Part shown: positions 15,553-35,185 of the stretch, piece after piece
Numbering within the stretch: position 1 is the stretch's first letter
Layout: each line of letters starts with the position of its first letter
Assembly: GCF_009914755.1 (NCBI RefSeq)
Contig: NC_060936.1
Origin: the human T2T-CHM13v2.0 reference genome, Homo sapiens
Length of the DNA stretch: 64,000 nucleotides
Direction: 5' to 3' (one strand)
Translations under genes and position numbers: made by a program
Notes under the pieces: model-generated
What the model saw: only the letters and a program-made list of their open reading frames with translations
Told to the model about the DNA's origin: nothing
Databases searched by the model: none

Positions 15553-15856
15553 ATTTTTCGTTGTTGTTGTTTTTGAGACAGAGTTTCGCTCTTGTTGCCC
15601 AGACTGAAATGCAATGGTACGATCTCGGCTCACCACAACATCCACCTCCTGGGTTCAAGCAATTCTCCTGCCTCAGCCTCCTGAGTAGATGGGATTACAG
15701 GCATGTGCCACCATGCCAAGCTAGTTTTGTATTTTTAGTAGAGACGGGGTTTCTCCATGTTGGTCAGGCTGGTCTCGAACTCCTGACCTCAGTTGACTCA
15801 CCCGCTTCAGCCTCCCAAAGTGCTGGGATTACAGGCGTGAGTCACCGCGCCTGGCC
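15553..15856 (-). mobile_element. Alu (AluSp/Sq-like) in L1
   Basis: GAGTTTCGCTCTTGTTGCCC diagnostic; TSD CAACAGTT. Confidence 0.93.
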
Positions 15857-16303
15857 CCAACAGTTAGTTTTTCAAGCCCTGCCCCCCTCTTTTCCTCCGC
15901 CCACTGGTAGTCCCCAGTATCTGTTCCTATCTTTATGCTCATAAGTACCCAATGTTTAGCTCCCACCTATAAGTGAGAACAGGGGGTAGTTCCTATTCTG
16001 TTCCTGTATTAATTCACTTAGGATAATGGCCTCCAGCTGCATCCATGTTGCTGCAAAGAACATGATTTTATTCATTTCTATGGCTGTGCAGTATTCCATG
16101 GTGTATATGTGCCACATTTTCCTTATCCAATTCATCGTTGTTGGGGACTTAGGGTTGATTCCATGCCTTTGCCATTGTGAATAGTGCTGCAATGAACATA
16201 TAAGTGCAGGTGTCTTTTTGGTAGAATGATTAGTTTTCTTTTGGATATATACTCAGTAGCAGGATTGCTGAGTTGAACGGTAGTTCTGTTTTAAGTTCTT
16301 ATA

Positions 16304-16516
16304 AGCCTCGACCTCTCTGGGCCAAGTGATCCTCCCACCTCAGCCGCCAGAGTAGCTGGGACCACAGATGTGCACTTGTGGGGAATTTTTTTCTTTTGTG
16401 GAGATGGGGTCTCACTACGTTGCCCAGGATAATCTTGAACTCCTGAGCTCAAGTGATTCTCCCACCTCGGCCTCCCAAAATGCTGGGATTGCTGGTGTGA
16501 GCCAATGCATCTGGCC
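16304..16516 (-). mobile_element. Tail-less Alu with intact 15-bp TSD
   Basis: TSD CTGTTTTAAGTTCTT at 16286-16300 and 16517-16531; Alu 3' end and poly(A) absent. Confidence 0.9.
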
Positions 16517-16766
16517 CTGTTTTAAGTTCTTTGAGAAATCTCCAGACAGCTTTCCACAGTGGCTGAACTAAATTTACATTCCCACCAACAGTGCATAAGC
16601 GTTCCATTTTCTGGGCAGCCTCACCAGCATTTGTTGTTTTTTGACTTTTTAGTAATAGCCATTCTGACTAGTGTGAGATGGTATCTCATTGTCCTTTTGA
16701 TTTGCATCTCTCTGATGATTAGTGATGCAGAACATTTTTTTCATGTTTGTTGACTGCTTGTATGTC

Positions 16767-17070
<304 letters not shown>

Positions 17071-17339
17071 ACTTCTATGTCTTAAAACTTGCTTTCTTCT
17101 CTTAAGACCTCTGTTGAGTCATTGGATGTCCTTGGGCAAATCTTACTTCTGTTTGGAACTCAGTTTTCATCTCCCATCTTGTAAAATAAAAGTGCTTTTA
17201 TAACTCTGGAAACCTCTCTTCAAGCAAAATCATGTGCAGAAATCCAATATGTAAAACAGATTGAAGAAGAGTGGGGCTGGTTGAAGGGGATATGAAGACC
17301 TGATACCCTAACAATCTGTTCAGTCCATGTGTTGATTTC

Positions 17340-17960
17340 CTTTCTTTTGAGACAAGGTCTTGCTCTTTCACCCAGACTGGAGTGCAGTGGTATGATCATG
17401 GCTCCCTGCAGCCTTGACCTCTCAGGCTTAAGCAATCCTTCCACCTCAGCCTCCCAGGTAGCTGGGACCACAGGTGTGTGCCATCACATCCAGCTAATTC
17501 TTTTTTAAATTATTATTTTATTTTAAGATGAAGTTTTGCTCTGTTGCCCAGGCTGGAGAGCAGTGGTGCAATTTCGGCTCACTGCAACCTCTGCCTCCCG
17601 GGTTCAAGTGATTCTCAGGGAGGATCGGAGGTCTCAGCCTCCTGAGTAGCTGGGATTATAGGCATGTGCCACACACCTGGCTATTTTTGTATTTTTAGTA
17701 GAGATGGGGTTTCACCATGTTGGCCAAGCTGGTCTTGAACACCTGACCTCAGGTGATTCACCCACCTCAGCCTCCCAAAGTGCTGGGATTACAGGCCTGA
17801 GCCACTGCGCCTGGCCTAATTTTTTAAATATATATTTTTATAGAGGTTGGGGTCTCACTGTGTTGCCCAGGCTGGTCTCAAACTCCTGGCCTCAAGTGAT
17901 CCTCTGTCCTCAGCCTCCCAAAGTGCTTGGATTACAGGCATAAGCCACCACATCTGGCTC
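17340..17960 (-). mobile_element. AluJ with nested AluS (~17500-17816) in its linker
   Basis: Right arm, full inner Alu, then left arm. Confidence 0.9.
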
Positions 17961-17964
17961 CAAT

Positions 17965-18139
17965 TTTTCCTTTTCATAAGGGCACGAGTCATACTGGATT
18001 GGAGCCTACCTTTAAGACCTCATTTTAACTCAATTTCCTCTATAAAGACAATATTTCCAAATCAGGTCATATTTGGAGGCCTGGGGGTTAGGACTTCAAC
18101 CTATTTTTTTTTTCAAAGGATGAAATTCAATGCATAACA
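17965..18139 (-). mobile_element. MLT1A/B-type LTR fragment
   Basis: CAGGTCATATTTGGAGGCCTGGGGGTTAGGACTTCAAC...AATTCAATGCATAACA terminus. Confidence 0.8.
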
Positions 18140-18944
18140 CCCACTATGCCTTTTTTAAATTCCTGACTCAGAGAGTTTGTGAACATAATAAAATGGGCTG
18201 TTTTATATCACAAGCATTGGGGCAATTTGTTACACAGCAATAGTAACTGCAACAAGGGGTTAAACTGAAATAATATAGATGCATCAGCTCTATTTGGGTT
18301 CAAGCCCAGTTCCTCAACATCTTAATCCATCCTATTTACTTCTCCCAGCCTAGTTTCCTTATCAGAAAAATAGAGTATGATTAAGGGGGTATCTGTAAAG
18401 TCCCTGGTGTCATAGCAAGTGTTTGGCAAAGGTCTTTTATCTCTATCCTTTCTTCTGAAATTACCCCTTGCTAGAAGGCTCCTAATATGTTGGGGAATAA
18501 GTCTGAGTTCCTGAGTTTTGGGGGAAGCCCTTGGGTCCTGGGAACCGGATCTTTATTTCATACCTACTTGAATGAGGGAACACGTTCTTTCAGTAAGTTA
18601 CTTCTTGGAGCAACTTCCCCGCTCAGACTTTCAAGACAATTTAGTCGGAGCTAACTCTGGTTTCTTGTTACCAAAGAGAAATGGGGCTCCTGCAAAGTCC
18701 TTGCAGAAAGGCTCTGACATCAAACAGCAACTACCCTACTGCATCCGAGGAGCTGAGTATAAATAAATCAAAACCATACCGGCTCCCTTTCCCTATGAGC
18801 ACACACATGTAATTTCATTACAGCCGGAATGAAGTGCTGCAGGCTAAATGTGTTTGGGGCTAGGCTGAACCCAGCATGCTCTTGGAAGACCTGGGTCTGT
18901 TGGGCCAACTGAAGAGGAGGGCCTTCTTTTCCTTTTCCCCTCCT

Positions 18945-20260
<1,316 letters not shown>

Positions 20261-20356
20261 TTGAGCACTTGCTGTGTGCCAGGCATTGTGCTGAGCACTT
20301 TACATATATCAAGTCGAGTCACTGTGTCCTTGAGGACAGAGGTCGGTTACTATTCG

Positions 20357-20843
20357 CTGTGGTTTGAATGTTGTTGTCTTCTCCAAATCCATGTGTTGGA
20401 AACTTAATCCCCTATGCAACAGTTTTGAGAGGTGGGGTCTAATGGGAGGTATTTTAGGTCTTGAGGGCTCTGCTTTCATGAATGAATTAATGCTGCTATA
20501 AAAAGGGCTTGCCAGTGGGTTTATTCTCTTCTGCTCTTCCACCGTGTGAGCAGTAGTGTTCCTCCCACTGGAAGTTTGGGACACAGGAGTGCTCTTCAAA
20601 TACTCCATTTGCCCCCGACATCCCTTACAGTTGATTGAGGCCACATAACAAGTTCTAGCGTAGGATGAGACATTCAAGATGACTTCTTTGAAGTGGGGCT
20701 GGGCTGTCATCAGACATCAAAACCTGCTGGCACCACGATCTTGGACTTCTCAGCCACCAGAACTATGAGAAATAAATTTCTGTTCTTTATAAATTGCCCT
20801 GTCTATGATATTCTGTTATAGCAGCACAAAACAGACTAAGACA
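20357..20843 (+). mobile_element. MST-type MaLR solo LTR inserted in a MIR
   Basis: TGTGGTTTGAATG start; AATAAATTTCTGTTCTTTATAAATT; ACAGACTAAGACA end. Confidence 0.9.
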
Positions 20844-20954
20844 CTTTTATTCTCCTCATATCCTAGTTAAGGAAGCTGAGCTACAGAGAAGTTTAGCAAC
20901 TTGTCCAAAGCCACACAGCTAGTAAGAGATGAAGCCAGGAAAATGATACCCAAG

Positions 20955-21270
20955 GTTTTTTTCTTTTCTTTCTTTCTTTCCTTCTTTTCTTTTCTTTTTT
21001 TGAGTCAGTGTCTCACTCTGTTGCTTAGGCTGGAGTACAGTGGTGCGATCATAGCCCACTGCAGCCTTGACCTCCCAGGCTCAAGAGATCCTCTCACCTC
21101 AGCTTCCTAAATAGCTGGAAGTTCAGGCATGTGCCACTATGTCCAGCTAATTTTGTAGAGGTAGGGTCTCACTGTGTTGCCCAGGCTGGTCTCCAACTCC
21201 TGGACTCAAGTGATTCTCCTGCCTAGGCCTTCCAAAGTGCTGAGATTATAGGCATGAGCCACCACACCCA
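20955..21270 (-). mobile_element. Alu (AluJ-like)
   Basis: Alu dimer. Confidence 0.92.
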
Positions 21271-21427
21271 TCATAGGATGGTTTTAAGCAGAGAAGCAAA
21301 ACAGTCAGATTTTATTTCTTGTTTTTCATTCTCTTTTCTCCCACAACATTTTCAAACACCAACTCTAGGATGAGGGGATGGTGGGATAAGGTTGATAGAA
21401 AGTTGGGAGCAGAAAAAAAGAAATCAT

Positions 21428-21868
<441 letters not shown>

Positions 21869-22241
21869 TCACTCGGCTGTTTGACAAGGCTGGGAAAGAA
21901 CTTGGGGCCAGGACAGAAAAGCCTGGTCCAGGCAGGCTTACTCAGGATGGGGGTGACATTACCAACACCCCATTTTCCTCTGCCTGTGTATAATTTCCCC
22001 ATTAGGAGCCCCTGGGGTGTTGGGACACTCTTCAGCTGTGTGAATTCTAGCGTGTGAAGTTCAGGATTTCTTCTATTTTCCCTGGGGCTGGTGGTTGCAA
22101 AAAAGCAGGGCTGAGCAAGTAGTAGGTTCATCTAGCCCATGTTTGAGAAGATGAAGCCATCAGACAGGGCCTCTGCCCTTGGGGTCCCAGTGACAAAAGA
22201 AATCTGGACAATCCACCATGACATCAATCATTGTTTATTCA

Positions 22242-22566
<325 letters not shown>

Positions 22567-22786
22567 TTATTCAAAAGCCTTTATTGAACACCTACTGTGT
22601 GCCTGCATTGTTCAAGGGAGTCAGCAGTGCCTAAGAGATATTCTCTTCTTTTGTGGGAGAATGACAGGTAACAGGCAAATAACTTCAGGATATATCAGAT
22701 GGTGGCAAATGCTCTGGGGAAAAATATCAGGGAAGGACAGCAGAACGTGATGGAAGATGCTGGTTTAGATCTGACACAGAAATCCT

Positions 22787-23233
22787 CTGGTGGGCAGAAT
22801 GATGGTCCCAAACAGATGTTCATGTCCTAATCCCTGGAACCTGTGAGGATGTTGCCTGACACGGCAAAAGGGACTTTTCAGAGGTGATTGCATGAAGGCT
22901 CTAGAGTTGAAAGGATTATTCTGGATTATCCAGATGGCCCCTAGATCATCACAGGGGTCCTGATTAGAGGGAAGTGGGTGGTTCCGAGTCAGAGTCAGAG
23001 ACGATGTGATGATGGAAGGAGTGGACGTGGGGCCATGAGCCAAGGAATGTGGCCGCCTGGAGAAGCTAGAAAAGGCAAGGAAATACATTGTCTCCTAGAG
23101 CCTGTGGAGGAAACACAGCCTGGCCAGCCCATTTTAAACTGTCCACCTCCAGAACTGGAAGATCATAAATGTGTGTGGTTTTAGGCCACTAAATTTGTAT
23201 CATTTGTTACAGCAGCCATTGAAAAGGAATACA
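22787..23233 (+). mobile_element. MLT1C/D-type solo LTR inserted in an L2 relic
   Basis: GTCCTAATCCCTGGAACCTGTGA...GGCAAAAGGGACTTT...TTTGTTACAGCAGCCA...AATACA. Confidence 0.9.
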
Positions 23234-23513
23234 GACCCAGATGAGGTAAAGACTGGAGACTTGCTGGGGAAGGGCATTTCAGGTGGTAGGAACAGCAAAT
23301 GCAAAGGCCCTGAGGTGCAAAGCAAGATGGTGCAGGAAGTGCTACAATAGAGGTCACATAGAGGGTACTCTGGGGACACACAGGAGGGCCTGCATGAGAG
23401 TGGGTAATTGTGGAAGAGCTCCTGGAGGAACGAATGCTTGCTCTGAGCCTTCAAAAGCACTGGCTATTCAACCCAATTGACCAGGATTCAAGCCCTGGCT
23501 CTGCCACTTATAA

Positions 23514-23876
<363 letters not shown>

Positions 23877-24174
23877 TAAAGGGCTACGTGGTGGCATTAT
23901 GGTAAACTAATTTTGGTTAAATTATTAGCCCAGTCTGTGGCATGTTTTAGGTGCTTACTGCATATTAGGTATGATAAAGAGGAGGACTGTGAGTTTAACA
24001 TTGGAATTGAACAACTAGAGAAGAGTAGGGAATGCATTTTGGGTTTAGCACAGAACAGGTAGGAAAAGGCAAGAAGTATGACCAGGCACAGCCCAGTCTG
24101 AGGCATCCCATATTCTACGATTAAATAAATTAGGATTCCTTGTAGTCCTCCCTTCTCTGCCTATTTTTTCCCCC

Positions 24175-24300
24175 GTCAGGCTGGAATGCAGTGGTGTGAT
24201 CATAGCTTAACTGCAACCTCGAACTCCTGGGCTTAAGGAATCCTCCCACCTTTGCCTCCTAAAGCTCTGGGATTACAGGTGTGAGCCACCCCACCTGACC
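24175..24300 (-). mobile_element. Alu monomer (FAM/FLAM-like)
   Basis: Monomer motifs. Confidence 0.8.
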
Positions 24301-24911
24301 CCTTCTCTTGCCTCTTTATCCAGTGGTGCTTACAGAGTCTGAGGCTGCCTTCACGCACCTTCCCTAGGGTAGAGGCTTGCAGCCCGTGGTGCTATGAGTA
24401 ACCCTCTGTTGACTGCCCATTCTGCTCAGGGAACGGGCAAGAGTGTCAGAATGATTTACTGAGATCCAGCTCCTCTGATGAGGGGAGGGTCTCAGAGGCA
24501 GGAAGGAGGGTCAGTTGCACAGGCTCTGCAATCATACGGTGGCCTCCTGCCTCCTGCCAAGCTCTGCCAAGCTCTGCCAGGCCCCAGGCAAGTTGTAACG
24601 GTGGCTTCATTCACCTGGAGAGCAGTTTGGGTCTGGGCAAAAGCCTGTCAACTGTATGCAAACATATTTGCCTGAATTTATCTTTCAGCCCTTTCACAGT
24701 GTTTGGGTTTCTCTAGGCAAATGCTGTGCTTTGATACTCCTTTTCTTTGCGGTGTGTGTCAATAAGCGTTTTGAAATGTACCCATGTGGTGGTCAGGTCC
24801 AGTTTGCTGTAGTCTTGGAACTGTCTGACAAGGATGAGGAACAAAAGTGAATCTGCAAATGGGCATCTGAGAGGCTGGCAGCATTTGGAGGGGTAGGTTA
24901 CAGGGGGTCAC

Positions 24912-25056
24912 AGGCTGGCTACTCAAAGTGTGGTCCTCAGCTTAGCAGCATTGACCACCCAGGAGCTTGTTAGAAATGTGGAGTCTTGGATCCCACCAAA
25001 GACCTCCTGAATATCACTGCTCTTGCTCCAGGGACCCCACTCTAAGAACCACTGGA
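24912..25056 (+). mobile_element. MER5A-like hAT relic
   Basis: CTCAAAGTGTGGTCC...GGAGCTTGTTAGAAATG...AGAACCACTGG. Confidence 0.8.
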
Positions 25057-25330
25057 TTGGACGAGAGGTGAGAAATGGGTTGCATCTTGAAAGCCAACTC
25101 TAATCAGTGTGTTAGCTACTGGGACCGCTGTGTTAAGTAGGGTTCTGAGGTTGTGTGATGCTTAGAGAAAAGAAGTACTGCACTCTTTTAGTCTTGTGTG
25201 CCACTGGTATAAGACGGAGACTTAGACAAGGCGTTGCTATCCCTGGATTTTCTGAGTGCTGTCTTAGGATTCCTTTATGAAACTGGAGAGAAGGAGCGAG
25301 GAATTAGGTGGAGCTCCATTTCCTAAGGAC

Positions 25331-25346
25331 GGGGGGGGGGGGGGGG
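25331..25346 (+). repeat. Poly(G)16 tract
   Basis: 16 consecutive G. Confidence 0.95.
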
Positions 25347-25366
25347 AGTTAAGAAATTAGCCTTGC

Positions 25367-26769
<1,403 letters not shown>

Positions 26770-26784
26770 GAAATTAGCCTTGTC

Positions 26785-27086
26785 GGTCGGGCGCAGTGGC
26801 TCAAGCCTGTAATCCCAGCACTTTGAGAGGCCGAGGTAGGCAGATCACGAGGCCAGGAGATTGAGACCATCCTGGCTAACATGGTGAAACCCTGTCTCTA
26901 CTAAAAATAAAAAAAAATTAGCTGGGTGTGGTCGCGGGCACCTGTAGTCCCAGCTACTCAGGAGGCTGAGGTAGGGGAATGGCGTGAACCTGGGAGGCGG
27001 AGCTTGCAGTGAGCTGAGATCACGCCACTGCACTCCAGCCTGGGAGACAGATCGAGACTCTGTCTCAAAAAAAAGAAAGAAAAAAA
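26785..27086 (+). mobile_element. AluY
   Basis: Diagnostics GATCACGAGG, ACCATCCTGGCTAAC, GAATGGCGTGAACC, GGAGCTTGCAGTG. Confidence 0.93.
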
Positions 27087-27121
27087 GAAATTAGTCTTGC
27101 CTGGGTGTAGCAGGAGGCTGA

Positions 27122-27896
<775 letters not shown>

Positions 27897-28234
27897 CAAG
27901 TTAGTCTCTGTGTGCCAGGACAGGACAGCTCAACCATTAAAAGTGTGGTGTTCCTGAGTATCTGAGACAGGCTACACAGAAGATCAACATTGGAAATCTC
28001 CAAGAGATCAACTTGAGTGCAACTCCCTCATTTCACAAAAAGAGGCTCAAAGAAGGATGGAATCTGCTCAAACACACACAGCTCGTTTGTTTGGATTCGC
28101 CTGGGCTCATGCTCTCAGAGCTCGTAAGAAAATTACTCAGGCCTTCAAACGCACCCGTCGAGGAAGGGAAGAAACTAGATCAGGCAGAAACTAGAAAGGA
28201 TGTTTTTCGGACCCCCAAAGGCAGGCTGAGCCTA

Positions 28235-29015
28235 TGACTCAGGAGGCATTTCGGGAACAGAGAGCTGGAAAAAAGAAGGGAGGGTCCCTGAAGGCCGGGG
28301 TGATGGAAGATAAGAAATTCGGATTTCAATCTCCCTACTTCCTCTGCTTCCTCAGACCCAGGCTGTATATAAACTGTATGCAAATGTGTTTACTTTACAT
28401 TTTATTTCAATCGGAGTCACTCAGCTGTCGGGAGCTATGTCAACATGTCAGTCTGGTTGAGCAAACAAGCATTTTGAGTGGAAATATTTCAGATAAACAG
28501 ACACAATGTTATGACATATCAAAACTCCCCAAACATGGAAAGAGGGTGGGGATGGTGGAGGAGAAGGGGGTGAAAAGCCGCAGAAAGGAGATCTATTTAC
28601 CCTGGCACATGCGCTGTGTGGTCAGCTGAAAACAAAACAGGTTTTTTATTACTCGTGTGGTGTAGGGGGGAAGTTTCCCTTCTCTGTGGCGTTAATGCAT
28701 CTTGTCAGCTGAAGAGAAGGCCTGCTTGGCGGGTTACCATGAACATTTCTCTTTGGTGTTCCTGCTGATTCTGCAGGAGGGAATCAGGCAAGAAAAGAAA
28801 AGAAAAACCCACCCGGATTAACTTAATTAGCGATGGGGAGGCCAGTTGCTTGGCGAAGTCCAACAACTTGTTTGAGGGTTGCCCTTGTTTTCGCTCCTTA
28901 CTCGGGCTCTTTACAAACTGCCTTAAGGGGAGACACAAAGCAATGCCCTTGTTTGCGATCAGGGGTGGGGACGGGGGGTGTGCATGGCGGGGGGTGGGGT
29001 CGGGGCTGGGGGGGA
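28235..29015. promoter_or_regulatory. Candidate enhancer in a repeat-free island, ending in a G-quadruplex motif
   Basis: AP-1 TGACTCA 28235; GTCAGCTG 28621 and 28704; GGATTA 28815 plus TAATTA 28824; SOX-like ACAAAG 28935 / CCTTGT 28947; G-runs 28962-29015. Confidence 0.45.
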
Positions 29016-29139
29016 CCATGCGGACATTAGGCTACTCTCCTGCATGATGTATGTTTGTAAATTTCATCTTGGGAGTAGGTAATAAGGTTGCTTGGGTTCA
29101 ATAACCAGAGGTATAAAAATGTATTTGGAGGAAAGTCTG

Positions 29140-29643
29140 TCTTCCTTCCTTCCTTCCTTTTTTTCTTTCCTTTCTTTCTCTCTTTCTTTCTTTCTTTTTC
29201 TTTCTTTCTTTCTTTTTTTCTTCCTTCCTTCCTTCCTTCCTTCCTTCCTTCCTTCCTTCCTTCCTTCCTTTTCTTTCTTTCTTCCTTTCCCTCCCTCCCT
29301 CCCTTCTTTCTTTTTTCTTTCTTTCCTTCCTTCCTTCCTTCTTTTTCTTTCTTTCTTTTTTTTTTCAGGTCATGCTCAGTTGCCCCCAGGCTGGAGTGCA
29401 GTGATGCAATTACAGCTCCCTGCAGCCTCGAACTCCCAGGCTCAAGCCATCCTCCCACCTCATCCTCCTGAGTAGCTGGGACTGTAGCTTACCACCACCC
29501 CCAGCTCATTTTAAAATTTTTGGAAGAGATGAGGTCTCGCTATGTTGCCCACAGGCTGGTCTCGAGCTCCTGGCCTCAAGTGATCCTCCTGCCTCGGCCT
29601 CCCAAAGCTTTAGGATTATAGGCATGAGCCACTGAGCCTGGTC
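29140..29643 (-). mobile_element. AluJ with large (CTTT)n/(CCTT)n expanded tail
   Basis: Polypyrimidine repeat ~29140-29365 followed by the Alu body. Confidence 0.92.
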
Positions 29644-30916
29644 TAAAGGAATGTTTTCTTCTCTTTCTTCATCTACTCATGTTTTCATCCCTCATCCCCA
29701 AACGTACATATACCCAGATTATATTTTGTTGGGTGACATTTCTTTTTAGTCCCCAAGCCATAGTCTGATGGGCTATGTCTAAAAGAAAATTCACCTTTTC
29801 TTTAAAATAATACACTGCTTATCCACACCTACAAGGTGCCGCCTTCTGTGGACATCCATTTTGATCATTCTCAAAGTTTGGAATTATTCACCTCCTGTTG
29901 GAGGCAGGAGCCTGAGGCCCAGAGGTGCAGGGGCACACCCATAGCCATACAGCTGGCCAGAGACAGAGCCAGAACTCAAACTCAGATCTGTCCAGCTCCA
30001 ACGTCTACATTCTTCCAGCTCCACCAAATTCTTGGTTGAGCTTGCCGGGGAGAAACTGTGTAGCAAGGTAACTTTTGGAGGATTTGAGAGCCTCCAGCCA
30101 GCCCAGCTAGGCCAAACTTGTCCACTCCTGAAATGAAGTTGCCCAGAAAAAGAACTGCCTGCCTGTCCAAATGCTGGACTCAGCAGCTGCCTAGGGGATG
30201 CGCTCAAAAGATGTTGGCAAGTCCCCCACCGTCCAAAAATGTCTCCCCCTGCCACCTGTCACATGGCCTCAAATTCCACCCTCAGAAAGGTATGCCCCTG
30301 GGCTTCAATTTAAATACTTTTTTTGGGCACGGTTTCAGTGTAGACACTTTCCCTTGGAGAGGTTATACCTACGTCTTTCCCTCAAAGTCCCTTCTCAGCA
30401 GGGCGGCTAGCCCAGGGCTTGGGCTTGGAGGATGAGGTCACCATGTAGATATCTGGGGAGGTAAGGGGGGAACCAGGGGAAGGGAGCTAAAAAGGGGGCT
30501 GGGCAGACCAGGGATGGAGCCCAAGGGTCCTGACCAACAGTTGTATGGAGCATGGGGCTGCTGGGAGACAAAGCTTCATATGTTTCCCCGAGTGAGGGTC
30601 CCCGCAAGGCCCCACCTGTCTCCTTGCCAATCCCGGCTGGTGTGTTTTAGGTTGGAACCCTAAATAGCCATGCTAGGGGGCAGGGGAAGCCCAAGGCTTG
30701 TCATGGGCTCGTAGAATGTCACAGCTGCCACCCAGCAAGTCCTGTACTTCAGTCAGCCACGTTCCTTCTTAGCTCTGTTTTTCCATGATTACACCACCTG
30801 TAGGATTACTCTCTTCATATTTTCCTCTAAACCAACTCACTTAAAAAATTAAATAAACATCTATTTTAAGGCCTGCACACATGAGTCTTTCCCACCAATA
30901 AGGGATACAGACATAG

Positions 30917-31298
<382 letters not shown>

Positions 31299-31358
31299 AT
31301 GAAAAATTTTTTTAAAAAGAAAACATTTAGATACACACACTTCAGTCTCTATTGCTGA

Positions 31359-31718
<360 letters not shown>

Positions 31719-32144
31719 TAGTACATGGTAAAATGAACTATTAGAGTAAAAATTAGTGGCCATCCAGATGCTCTCATAAATCATATGAAAGGTATTATGT
31801 CTTGCTCAAGTCACCAATTTTATGTAGAAGGAAACAGGTTCAAGAGAGAAAACTTGGGCAGGGGACACAGCTGGCTGGGAGCAGGATGAGGCCCAAGAGG
31901 CATCATGGAGACAGAAAGACCCGTGGATGGGGAGTCAGGAGACCCTGACAATAGCTCCAAATCTAAAAGCAGAAGCCACTTCTGTTTCCTATCTGGGTCT
32001 TGATTTCCCCAACTATGAAACAGGAAAATGATGTTACTATGGGGGCTCTAAAACTAGGAGGAATTAGAGATGGATTTGAAATCCTGGAAATTTTTTTTCT
32101 TTTATTGAGTCGAGATTCACTTAACATAAAATTAACCATTTTAC

Positions 32145-32527
<383 letters not shown>

Positions 32528-33259
32528 TAGTTTGCTTTAAGCAGCCTCCTCTAAGCCGGGAAGTGAACTGGGCAAGGAGGATCCAACTATCAGGGCTTCT
32601 AAACTCCGTGGCGGTGGACAGAGGTGGGAGACCTGGGCTCATGGGAGGCTCTCTAGAGAAGGCGACATTAACTAGCTTTTGAAGGTTGTCTGAGTGGGCC
32701 AAGAGGTGGGAAAGGTGATTCTGAATGAGGAGATGGCGCTTCCCAGTCGTGTTGGCTTGGCAGGGACAGAGCTGGCTGGAGCTGCCTTTCCTCCCCCACG
32801 CTGCTCTGAGATCCTGGAAGCACAAGTGCTTGGAAATGCTGTGTCTCCCTGACCCACCCACTCATCAGTGGAGCAGATGCGGGCCATTACTCTGATTGCT
32901 GCTGAAAGCGGTGGCTGGGGCCCAGGGCACGTCTGAGGATCACTGAGGGCCCTGGGAAAGTGGGGGCCCTACAGAGGGTCAGCCCCCACACACCCCAGAG
33001 GCAGGTGTTCTGCAAGCTTCCCATAGAGGCCTGCCAAGATTGTCCTCCTGCTATGCGGCACGCACGCAGGCGTGCCATTTCAGCTCTGGGCCTCTCTCCT
33101 GGAGCAGCTGGCAGGGGCATCTGTGGGTGGTGAACAGGACGGGGGGCCGGAGACCCTGGCTGACCTGTAGCCCTTGGGCCTGGAACTTCTCCCGCTTGTG
33201 TGCCTGGGTTGCAGATTTTCCGGGCACCTTCTTGGTAGAAGGCAGGCGGGATCTGGTTT

Positions 33260-33430
33260 CACGGCGAATTCAAAAGGGGCAAAGCAACGCGGCGCCTCCT
33301 GAATTCCTGGCCCTGCGAACGTCATGTCGTTAACGTGTTATTTATGGCACCCTCCTGACTCTGCTGTCATGTTAGGCCTCTGGGTGGGGCATTGTGCCCT
33401 CGCCAATCAATCAGCCAACCAACCCAATAG
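33260..33430. promoter_or_regulatory. Candidate HOX/PBX/MEIS-type element with retained CpGs
   Basis: TTTATGG 33341, CTGTCA 33364, CCAAT/ATCAATCA 33403-33413; CpG cluster at 33260-33335. Confidence 0.3.
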
Positions 33431-33599
33431 GCCCACTAACCAGCGTTAACCAGCTAGCATTTGTTCACTTATATGCCGCCAATTATTGTTTTAGAAGCTG
33501 CAAAGAATGGGTTCTTCCATATCTTTTTGCATAACCTGCATGTATGTTGCTTTATTTGTGCAATTAATGTGGTATATTGGTTTGTTACTGTGGATCCTC

Positions 33600-35185
<1,586 letters not shown>

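Noticed and set aside
24555-24579. Short 10-bp tandem duplications (also ~40153-40172)
   Set aside because: Ordinary slippage products with no supporting context.
29027-29475. K/E/R-rich and F/L/S-rich ORFs (also at 46110-46512 and 45314-45661)
   Set aside because: Microsatellite translations.
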